Of a DNA stretch of 44,771 nt, positions 22,584-33,718 are shown piece by piece. The notes beneath the pieces were generated by a model that worked only from the letters and a program-made list of their open reading frames with translations, was not told where the DNA came from and did not search any database. Numbering within the stretch: the stretch's first letter is position 1; every line of letters begins with the position of its first letter. The DNA is from Atractiella rhizophila (Eukaryota), in NCBI GenBank assembly GCA_021432655.1, contig MU271556.1:1-44771 (forward strand). The letters are read 5' to 3'. The translations under genes and the position numbers were made by a program.

Positions 22584-24275
22584 ATGCCCCGTCCTAAGAA
22601 AAAAAATTGGTGCAAACCAACGCATCCATGCTCAGCATCAAAGGCGGGAGGAGAGCCCCTCAGATACACCTCAGGTTGCTCCATGTCGCTAGAAAGACAT
22701 CATGCAGGATTGCCGCAGCACTTCCAGATTACACAACTGACACCATCTCAGCATTTGACCTGTCAAATTTGTATGCAGCAACAGCAGGAGGATGAACCTC
22801 CTAGAGGAAGCTGATGCTGACGGCAGCTGGAACCTCCATCTTTATGCGAAGAATTCAATAACATTTCCTCTGATGGACAATAAGAGGGAGTATTTGAGAA
22901 TACTGATCTGCCTGATCAAACAGTGGTAGCTCCTCGGGATACAAGACAAAATCAGCATCCTTTTCTCACATTCAACTACGTACCAGACACAGTGGAGGCA
23001 ATCCGACTTTCGGGCTAGAATGAATCCTTTTGATCAGAATGTGGTCCCTTTCATTGGCTAGCTTGAGGAACAGATAGCCAGGAGCTCTAAACGGAATCCT
23101 TATGACCTTTGTCGGTTTACAGCTCATATCAATGTGGAACTCTGCATCTCCATCAAATCAGTCAAATACCTGTTCAAATGCATCTACGAGGGAAATGATC
23201 AGCACAAGCAATCCTTCATAGCAACCGAGGGGATGATAGGGTGGTGGATGAGATTCAAGAGTACTTGGATGCTAGATTAATTGGATCTTCTGAAGATAAG
23301 TGTTTAGAACTACTCTGAGATGTTGTTAGGGCTTATTTGATACAATTTTACAGCCTGTTACTGGATTTTCCCCTTTACTTTACACCAGCATTTTCCTGTG
23401 GTTATTTGCTTAGCAGTACACCTTCCTGATCGGCATTCTGTGACCTTTAATCCTCATTACTAATGTCCTTACCTATCCTAAGGCTCCTCAATTCCTTACC
23501 TGGAAGTCAGGCTCATGCTCTAGAAAATCTGGGAGAAACAAGAAGCTGCCAGCCGTATCTACTATGTTGCACCGTCACAAGGGGAGTTATTCTATCTCCG
23601 AATGCTTCTGCATCAGGTTGCCAGTCCGAAATCTTTTGCGGATATCTGAACAGTAGAGGGAACTGTCTATGAGACTTTCAAGGCTACATGTGTGGCTCTT
23701 GGACTATTAGAAAGTGATGAAGAATGGGATTATTGTCTCAATGAAGCCAGCACCGTCAAGAATGGCTTTGCAATGCGATCTCTGTTTGTCTACATCCTGC
23801 TATTCAGAGTCGCCAGCGAACCCAGAAGATTATGGGACAGCCATCATGAGCAACTCAGTGACGATTGTAAACACCTTCTATGGACAAAATATGGTGTACA
23901 CAATCCAACGAACGAGCAAATTATCAGCCTCTGTCTCCTCGAAATTAAAAATCTCTCCAGGCTCATGGTAAATCCCTAAGTGACTTTGGACTACCACAAC
24001 CTGCAGAGCGACTACAAAGATGGGGAGGCAAGACAAGGATTATTGGGGAAGAACTTGTATATGATCGACCACTACTTTACACACGTATTCAGACAGAGTT
24101 ACCGTCATTATATCTGGACTAACTTCATGCTTATGACACGGTTGTAGAAGCATGGCAAAATGGAAATGGTAGATTATTTTTTATTGATGGGCCAGGAGGG
24201 ACTGGAAAGATGTTCGTTGAAAACCTATTACTTGCCAGCGTGCGTTCAGTGGGGAACATTGCACTGGCAGTGGCA
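22584..24275 (+). mobile_element. Degraded Helitron RepHel (Rep C-terminal part plus start of the PIF1-like helicase)
   Basis: Canonical Helitron blocks in order: AHINVELCISIKSVKYLFKCIYEGND (~23122-23198, eroded Rep motif 3 YxxKYxxK), DEIQEYLDAR, VHLP, GELFYLRMLL and ALGLLESDEEWDYCLNEA...MRSLFVYILL. Walker A GPGGTGK lies at 24189-24209 within FFIDGPGGTGK, followed by IALAVA. Multiple stops, frameshifts and deletions; the boundaries are approximate. Confidence 0.9.
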
Positions 24276-24735
24276 GGGGGGATGCCCGAGGGACGAGGGC
24301 ACTGGCACACATGTATCCTGATTCATTACACAATTCTTAACCAGACTCCTGACTCATTATCAATATGCTAGTGAGACTGCATTTGGTGAATGCTGTGCAT
24401 GACATGCAGGACTTTGAGGTGCATGAAAAGGGGAAAAGTCTGATGACTCTGTTTTACTCCAACATGCTTGGTTCTTGGTAATATAGGTGCATGTTACATA
24501 ATGTGATACAGCTAACGAGTTAAGATGAGCACGGGAAATGAGCGTAGTTACAGTTACAAGAATGTGCAGAATTCTGCAGATAGGTATAGTAGGTTGCTGC
24601 ACTGAAGCACGGCTGGATGGTTTTGACAAGGCTAGAATAAGCAAAATGTGTATCGACCATCAGGGCCACAAAGGAACTTGAGTACACAACACGAATTTGG
24701 ATCGAGAGGCGGCGGCACACCAGGAGCCCATCAGG

Positions 24736-27140
24736 TCAGATCCCTGATGGACCTGAAGGACCAAATGTATTGTGCGTGAGGCTTGTGAGGACGGATGCAT
24801 CGGAAGTGAAGCTCGCCGTTTTCTTGATGCTGAAATCATGATTGAGGCGCGATCTTAAGAAAGGGTAGTTTTTGCTTACCTGGACCCTCTTCTACCCACA
24901 TCCGTCTCGTGACTCGCAGCAGTAAAGAACGAAGCATCACTCGCCTTCTGCTCAATTATTTCGTCAGCGAGAGGGCGGGTGAATGGAACAACCACATACC
25001 CGACCATAGTCAGTCGGTCCAAAGCTGAAGGAAGAGTAACGCTTCTCTTCCTGTTCTTCCAGGATCGGCGACGGTACTGGACTTGGATGAGAAGCTTGCG
25101 ACTTCCGCTTGAAAGATTTGAGCGACTTGAGAGATTCGACGGAAGGTCGTAAGTCGAGAAAAGATCCACGAAAAGCTGGCGGGATGGCGGGGACACGAGG
25201 ACGGGAAGAGACCTCGCTCCCACTCGCACTGTCGAAATGCAAGAAAGGGGCATCGACATTAACTGCATGCTCCAGATCTAGTGAAGGAGGTTTGGAGTTT
25301 ACTGGAGTGTCGAGGGATGGGCTCTGAGATGTTCCATTCTGAGAGCAGGTCGTTTCTGACCACTTGGACCTGGGTACCACTTCGTGCTCATGTGTCGTGA
25401 CGGACCATTTGCTGCTGAGCACAAATTCTGGAGGTGGTGCGGCGTCGTGAAGAGAAGGTGTAGATACCGACCATTTGCTGCTGAGCACTTGCTCTGGAGG
25501 CGGACGGAATGTGGGTACACTGTCCAATCGTAGCTGATCAGCAGATAGAGAGTTTGAACGACCATCAAAGATGGGGTGGGTGATCGTGCTCGTACTCGCT
25601 CTTGCCGCTGGCTCGGGCATTAATTCCTCTCGAGTAGAAACTGCTCGTTGAGAACGCCCCTCTGTGGGCATGGATGATGGCGACTTGCTTCTACTTTCAT
25701 TGATTTCCGCAATTGGCGTCAGAGGGGTTTGAGAATCTCCTGTGCCTGGTCGAGATCTGCTCTTCTGCATCGAAGGCGCTTTCGAACCCGGGGGCAGATA
25801 GCTGGTGATTCCTAATCCCATACCAAAATTTTCGCTTTGGGGGTATCCGTTGTTGGGCCAACGAGCTGATCCTGGACTGCGCTGCTTCGTCAGCGTATAT
25901 CCAGTCGAATCTCTTTGTTTCGAGAGCGAGTATCCAGTTCTAGAAGCCACAAGCGTTGAAATCGAATTCGTACCCCACGGCGAATAATCTTCGGTGCGCA
26001 TCAGCTCAGCCGCAGAGCGTGGATCGGGAGACACGTGGGTGTGATGATGATGGCTGGGCTCCGCACGAGAAGTAACGAGGTAGTAGAGGAGAGTAATCGA
26101 ATAACCTGTACATTGGTCAATTGCCGTCATAGTATAACTGACGAAAGAGCCGGCTTACATTTTGATAAGAAGACGAGGGGGAAATATCCCCACATTGGTG
26201 ACATATGCGAGGATAATTCGATAATCCAAACGGTACCAGCAAATATTTGAACCTGGAGAAAGTCAACAAAGGTACCTGTGCCGAATGAAGACGAACACCA
26301 AGGATCAAGACACCACTCTCCACCACCAGGAGTAGCAATCGATTGACGATTTTGGCGGTTTCGGCATTTCTGTCTCGAATAGACTTCTTTGTCGTGTACA
26401 GCTCATAGATTAGGAGAATGCTGAGGACGACATCGATTTTGGCGGAAGATATGAGCCAAATCCTGGAAAACAGTCGAAACAGGTGTCCATGTCCCATCCT
26501 CCCTGTCCCAGGATCCGGAAGGCTCAATTCACGGATGTCCTCGACAATCTGGGTTCCACGGAGTGGTTAGCCTCATATAACTTTGCAAAAGGACTTAAGA
26601 CACATACGGCGACCTGAGCGGAAGTTACACAACCTGCGGCGAGAGCTTCGACAATGAAGAATAGCTCGAGTGCAAGGACAGTCCGGAGGATCCACGTCTT
26701 CCGTAAGCGAGCAAAGAGAAAAGAACGTTGGAGGAGGAATAGTTGGCAGGCGGCTTGGATGAAGGCGATAAGGAAGGAAGATATGGCGTCCTCTGGTCGG
26801 CTTTGGAACGTTGCATCGAGATCCCCATACGCTACCGAAACCCTTGCACGTTTGACTATTTCACATACTGTCTGGATGATTTCGAGGGCGACGACAGAGG
26901 TAACGAAGACTCGTAACCACAAGTTGTTCTCTCGAGGATACAACTGGTAGAATCGAGTTAAGAGAGGGAAGAGGAATCCGAGCAGAATGCAAGAGACAAA
27001 AGTTCCCAGGAGGGGAGGCAAGCAGACGTTGCTACCAACCTATCAATGCGCTTGAGCAGTCAGTCGACTCGTCCTCAGCACAGACAGAAGCGAATCGAAA
27101 GGCTCACGGAGGCATCGGTCACCGTCGCGGTGGTGGCCAT
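24736..27140 (-). CDS. Multi-pass membrane protein of the basidiomycete DUF6534-like type with a long Ser/Pro-rich C-terminal tail
   Basis: Motifs PLLGTFVSCILLG..FYQLYPRE, CQLFLLQRS, WLISSAKIDVVLSILLIYEL, IVNRLLLLVVESG and LSK/YSITLLYYL. ATG at 27140. Two terminal GT-AG introns extend the frame to TGA at 24736-24738. Confidence 0.7.
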
Positions 27141-28687
27141 AGGTTGGAGCACCAAAGTGGTGAAAGTGTAACTGGAGATGCTAGATGTTATGTCGTAACC
27201 ACAGAACCAACAATGCACAGTCTTCAAAATATTGCAGGCAAGGGACCAAAACGAGAGACGCAAAGGGATGATATCTGGAGAAACTCGTCACTTTTAGCCC
27301 TCCAAAGCCGACGTAGCTTTGCTTTAACGCGATCGGAAATTAATCAAGTGGACATCCAATCAACTGTGATTGTGCTCGATTTTGTTGCTTGAAACTTCTG
27401 GAAATGAGATTTTTCAGGAATAGGCGCACCCGAGCTTATGGCTTCGGAACACTTTCTAGTCGACTCCATCGTCCTGGTTGGAGGAACAAGTGATGCGCCT
27501 GATTCCGTCTTTTTGTTGTGCACCACACGAACATTTGAGGACTAGGACGGATAAGCGCTTGCAGGGCTCAGAAGGAGCGGCAACAAAAGAGAATGGCTCA
27601 GGTGGCTGCGTGCGGCTGGGGGAACGTTTGAACGGCCGCAAGACTCCGCTAGCATCGTGATTACACCGTGACCACGTACAATCTCCTCTCGGGTGAACTG
27701 AAAATGTAACCTCATGGCACGACATCCAAGGAGAGACTTGCAAAACCCAATTTTCTCTGAGTTTGCCTTTTCTCCTGAAAAGGGTGGGAAGTCTAAGACC
27801 GGTTAGGTCAACCTTCCCTCCCCCACACTCACTTAGATTCTAGGAGTAGTAAGTTAGAGGGAACTTTGACACTTCAACGAGTATAAAGCGAGAGCATGTC
27901 GAAAGCTTGACAGGCTGAAAGGATAGACTGTTGAAATGCAGAAGGTGATAAGTTCTCACACGCCGGGTTGCCAGTCTGCACTGCGAGCTCGCAGTATTAG
28001 CCCATGACACTCATGACACTATTGCAAGACATCGAGAACAAAAGGGAATGCAAAGAGGGTTAGGCCGATCATCGATGTCCATGATATCAAGAAAAGAGGC
28101 TTTCATGCCTCGCAGAAGAGCTCGTTCTTGCAGTAGATGCTGCTGGAATTGAGATTGGTTCAAATCTATCATTGAGAAATCTCGAGTCGCAAACCTTTAT
28201 ACCTACTAATTAGCAGTGTGCAGTTCGGGAGAAGAACTCACCTCGGTCACTAGTCACTTGTGTCAACTGCACTAGGCAAACCTGATAACCAATTCAGGCT
28301 GCACACCAGAATGGTTTCACATCACGGCATCACCCCACTCATAAGCTGGCAGACTGTTGTGTCTCGGTTTGGGATAGAAAAGTGGTCCTTCAAGAACCGG
28401 GGAACGCTACTTGTCGAAAGTCGAAAGAAGGTATCTAAGATTAGTGAAAAATGATGGCAAATCGTGATGCAAAGCAGTAATACACATGCAAGAGAGCGCA
28501 ATGTCACTGGAAATCAACGAATGGATGACGACGGTTCGACTGCACAGCAAGAAGGCAAATCGCAAGGAAAGGGCAAAAGAAATGAGAGACTAGAAATGAC
28601 GAAGGTAAGCCAAAGTTTTGCAACGGAACCAACTTCACGGAACCAAACTGACTGAAAGGTCAATGGAACAAAAGAAAAAGGAGGAAT

Positions 28688-31600
28688 TCACGTCATCCTG
28701 TTTCTAGCCTCTCCAGACTCGACGAATCCTTTCCACTCTGTTCTCCACTCGTCCATCTTCGCTCGGAGCACTTTCATCTGCAGAAGTTTCCTTATCCAAC
28801 GTAAAAAGCTATCTTCGTCTTCGATGACGAAAAAGGAAGAGAGCATCGAAAGAATGGACTCAAAGGATGCATCTTCCGAGACGAATTGCTCTGTGGTACA
28901 GGTCAGGAACCCTGCAACATTATTACGTCAAGAAATGTACCTTCGAATCCAATTATAATGGCGACTGCAATGAGAACGAGCATATCCGGACCTTCCAAGA
29001 AGAGGACGTCCCAAAGTCGGAGTTGAGTTTTGAAAGAGACAGTGTTAGCGAAGAGGGTGATATACCACTTAGTAGCGTATGCGGAGGTGGAGATCATTTG
29101 GGTAGCCTGCTTCACACAGTCAAGTTGACGCCAGAAAACGGATGAAGACTGACAAAAGCTTCTGTGATTCGTGGAGCCAGGAGTTCAACCAGCCTTTCTT
29201 GCACGTAGAAGCACTCGATCAGTCCAGGGAAACCCGGTTGGAATATCCAATGAAGTTCGTAGAAGTCGTGCAATCGTACGAGGGACAAATAGGCGCGCTG
29301 CACCAAGTTGAGGAGCGGATAGGCGTGGAAGGAGAGCTGAGACCTACCTCTGGTTCAAAGTAGCACAAGAGCGTTGCTGCAATTGGACCCATGCCCTGAC
29401 AGTATCCACATACGCCGCAATGAAGTGCGAAAGCATGGAGAACATGGAATAAGGCGCGTTGTCTGCAATCATCATGAATACTGGTGGAAAGGCAACAAGA
29501 AAATCGTACCCTTTCCCATATCTCGTGTGGAAGAACACATTCCCAGTAATGGTCCGTGGGACATCCAGATCTATCTGGATATCGTGCGTTGAAGGTCGAT
29601 TGACGAAATCCTTCACATCGTTAGCCAGAAACGGTGATGAGAAAGCAAACATACATCATAGATCCTTGCAAGTTCTACACCATTGTCCTCCGCAAGAGAC
29701 GACTTCCGCCGGTCCCTCTCATTGTTCAAACGAAGATCGATCATTGCGTCCCATGCCGCTTGTCTCCAACGATCGGGAATACCTTTATATACTCGTTTCC
29801 TAAACTATTCAGCGCCCACATTATATTAACGATCATCATATCGTTCTGAAGACCAACAAACCTTTGGCTTCACGGTGTGTTTCCTCGTCTTGTCATCAAA
29901 ACCCTTAAACTCCTCAGCGATAGTCCACTTCTGCCGACCAACATCTCCTCCCCTACCGGCACCACCACGACCAGCGACATGGAGCATCTTCTCCCACTTC
30001 GCAATTCTATCGATCTCCTTCATAGTCTCCGCCGTTGCATTCGAAGGAACAGTGGAGGCAGAAGTTTGAATGTTGGCGGACGAGGCTTTCGACGATGCCA
30101 GAGAGTTGGGACGTGAGTTTGAGGATGGTGGATGCAGTTGTTGCGCTCGTTGGAGGTCTTTCAACTTCGGAATTCGCAGGTAAGGTGCTTTGGGGAGGAC
30201 AGCAAGACGACCGTGCTGTGAGCGATGAGAGACTGTTGATCCCCCTTCAATTTGGGAGGGAGCATCTGGAGAACCAGACGGATTTGGCGAAAGGAAGCCG
30301 TATCTAAACACTCGTTAGACGAATAACAAGGAACGTTAAGGTGACGTTTCGCACCGATCCACACGTCGCAAGACTTCAAGCTCCTTATTCCACCTATCAA
30401 CAGCATCAAAGGCAGCCACACTACTTTTCCTCTTGACCCCTCTCATCTCTCCACTCTTTCTCTTTCCCAATCCTAACACCCTCCCTTCCCGCGTTCGTTC
30501 TTTACCAGCTTCATACCCATCACCTTCCACACCCTCGACGTCTAGCTTGGCATAGAGAAGCCGAATCTTGTTATTGTCAGATTCATTCGCAAATGATTCT
30601 GTGAGTGAGATCATGGAGTTGGCTGGCGATGAACTGCTGCTCGCCCCGTTGCTGGCTCCGTTGGCTCGTCGGACGGAAGAGGAAGGATGTAGATGTGAGG
30701 AACCTCCAGAAGAGCTGAACTGCCGTGATGAGCGATCCCCTCTCCGTGTTTGCCTGATCATAGATCGGAATAGTCAGCGTTCAAATTTCCTTTTAGCGAG
30801 TGGACAGTGCATCCAAGACGGTGCATCCATCACCTGCAACGACGCATGCTTATGCTCAGATTGATTGATTGGCCAATGCATTTTCGTTGCAGGTATGAAA
30901 AACAGGTACAGATTGCGGCAGGTGGGCTATGGTTGCCTCGCCGAAGCTAACTAACGAACTCAGTATGACGACTTGACACCAAACAAGTCAGGTCGAGTTC
31001 AGGAGTTCAAGAAAACGTGAGAAGGAGCAGAGAGGCAAAATATAACAATGCATGAGAGTCGTTTATATAGCTACTTCAGCAAGAGTGAAATAGACAACGT
31101 AACGCCCAGTCTTTCCCGGAGGAACAACTCACTCTTGGATCTGATCAACGCCCAACACCTCTTCGTCACCATGACCGAGTCCGTTAGCCTCCAAACTGGT
31201 CAAAGCATCCCTTGATCGCTCGCGGCGGCTGTCACTGTCATGCTCAAGGAAGGATGTAGATGTGAGGAACCTCCAGAAGAGCTGAACTGCCGTGATGAGC
31301 GATCCCCTCTCCGTGTTTGCCTGATCATAGATCGGAATGGTCAGCGTTCAAATTTCCTTGTAGGGAATGGACGGTGCACCCATCACCTGCAACGACGCAT
31401 GCTTATGCTCAGATTGATTGATTGGCCAATGCATTTTCGTTGCAGGTATGAAAAACAGGTACAGATTGCGGCAGGTGGGCTATGGTTGCCTCGCCGAAGC
31501 TAACTAACGAACTCAGTATGACGACTTGACACCAAACAAGTCAGGTCGAGTTCAGGAGTTCAAGAAAACGTGAGAAGGAGCAGAGAGGCAAAATATAACA

Positions 31601-31858
31601 ATGCATGAGAGTCGTTTATATAGCTACTTCAGCAAGAGTGAAATAGACAACGTAACGCCCAGTCTTTCCCGGAGGAACAACTCACTCTTGGATCTGATCA
31701 ACGCCCAACACCTCTTCGTCACCATGACCGAGTCCGTTAGCCTCCAAACTGGTCAAAGCATCCCTTGATCGCTCGCGGCGGCTGTCACTGTCATGCTCAC
31801 TTGAGTGCGCAGGAGGGGATAACTGGAGAGATGGTGGGGAAAGCGTTGCAGCTGACAT
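28688..31858 (-). CDS. Rab-GAP TBC-domain protein, multi-exon
   Basis: DRYGF-like, KGIPDRWR, QIDLDVPRT (Arg finger), GYCQGMG (Gln finger), IFQPGFPGL and YATKWYITLFANTVSFKTQLRLWDVLFLEG. Exon 1 MSAATLSPPS... starts at 31858 and the stop is at 28688-28690. The 5' part is complicated by a tandem duplication. Confidence 0.85.
30680..31799. repeat. Tandem duplication (567 + 553 bp) spanning the exon 1 end, intron 1 and exon 2 start of the TBC gene
   Basis: 30680-31246 matches 31247-31799 except for a few substitutions and a 14-nt indel clustered in the intron. Confidence 0.95.
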
Positions 31859-32670
31859 TATGCTGGATGAGAGCTGGTGGGTGCTAGGGTAAGGTATGAG
31901 TAAGGGTAAGGTATAATTTCTCGTGGTTCAAGCGACTTGTCCAAGTCTGCGGAGTCGGACAGCAACCACCCCGTGACCTGGATAACCGAACTGAGAGTTA
32001 AACTTGTTGATCGTAAATAACAATAACAGAGGTCAGTTTGCAGGTTAGCTGCCATCCAGCAAAGCCCTGAGCAAAGCCCCCCTACTCAACCATACACATC
32101 TTTACTATTGGTCATTTACCGATGCTACGCGTCTTTGTCCTCTTGTCAGTGCACGCCAGCTTCCCGTTTGAACTTCTGTGCTAGGATAGCTAGTTGTAGG
32201 CCGAATGTCGCCAACAAATTTCGATGGACTAATTAGAAGGTTGAAAGCGAGTGATCGCTTCTGTGTTGAATGCAAACATTGCTGGATTGGGACAATAAGT
32301 TATGCAGGTTGAGGAGGGAGATGAGACACACTGAGGATTCTGAAACCTAGTGGAGGGTTGATGTGATCTTCGGATGGGAATTATACATAATAACCCATCA
32401 AATCACTGCCTAACGATGTGTCAGAGGTAACTAGTGCGTCACTTGTTTTTTTTTTATTTATTTTGCCTGATTCAGGGGAGCGATGACCATAACTCAAGCA
32501 CGGCAGTCATGTTTGTCCCGATTCAAGTACTCAAAGAATAAACAGACATCAACATTTGAACAGGCTAATATATATTGTGATGGGTACAAGAATCGAGCTA
32601 ACAATTGTGAGGAATTCAGGATACTTGATAAAAATATTGTCAAGGCCATCTTGTGATTGTGACTTCAGAG

Positions 32671-33412
32671 CTAGAATCGAACCCCAATGAAATGACAAAA
32701 TAAGGCACGTCCTTGCTCAGCCGTCGTGACGAGAGCCCTCCCAGGGACATCGTATGCCTCAAGTAACAAGGTCACGTTCTCTTCTGCACCAAACTCGCTA
32801 AGTATATTCGTTGATTTCCAGAGCCACTTACCACGGAGCCTCCTAAGATCACCCCTGGTTAGCGGGAATAGATCGTGAGGTGCTGCAACCAAGGGTTGGG
32901 GATCGAAGGCAGGAGGTGCCTCAAACACTACCGCTGGGATGACTGGCTGCATTTCTCGTTGGTATGGGAGGTTGAGAGGGGCGAGGGCCAAAAGATCGCT
33001 GTTGATGTTGGAGTTATGCACTCGAACAAGCGTCCATTCGTCACTGACAATGTCACCAGTCGCCAGTCACCTAGTGCCGCTATGTGAAAGAATGTACTCA
33101 CGTTTGTTGCCGTGCGACCTTCAGGTTGTGCACCTCGACTTTGTTTACGTACTCGATCCATTCAACACGGTGGAGCTGATCGTGTTGCAGTTGGAGAAAT
33201 CCTTGGACTTCGTTTTGTATCTGTTGCTGACCTGCTTGGATTTCGCCACACGTCTGTTTTAGCTGTTGTTGAGCTGCTTGGATTTCGCCAGTCGCCTGGT
33301 GTAGCTGACGCTGAACCGCTTGAGTTTCCTGGAGTATTTGATGCAGATTGGTAGCCCACTCCGGAATGTGGTTAAGTGCAGGGTTTGGCGTTGGCGTAAC
33401 CTCCTCGACCAT
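32671..33412 (-). CDS. Intact 211-aa, 3-exon protein: Gln-rich coiled-coil plus C-terminal domain resembling DUF1773/Mug135_C
   Basis: Exons 33412-33102, 33043-32832 and 32783-32671 are joined by GTGAGT..CAG (58 nt) and GTAAGT..CAG (48 nt) introns into an open 636-nt frame. The C-terminus reads VRVHNS...LAPL...PHDLFPLTRGDLRRLREENVTLLLEAYDVP...LFCHFIGVRF*. The family assignment is by eye. Confidence 0.8.
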
Positions 33413-33718
33413 GGCTCGATATGAAAAGCTTTCGATGGCTCGTTTTTCGTTTGTTCCCAGATGTGATGTCTTAAAACAATAGGGTTAGGTTAGTAGAGCC
33501 GAGCCAATCTTTTCGTAAATTGACGCCCAAAGCTGCAGTTAATGAGACATAAATTTTATGTTGAGCAAACAGACGCAATAGTAGCCTACTGAAATAACAA
33601 TCTTGAGACATCCAACTGACACCACAGAACTTCTCTTTGCTTAAGACATTAAGAGGAATGGTAGGTTTTGATCGTAAACATCGGTTCAACGTCGGATGGG
33701 CTGGAGCTGATCAAGTTC

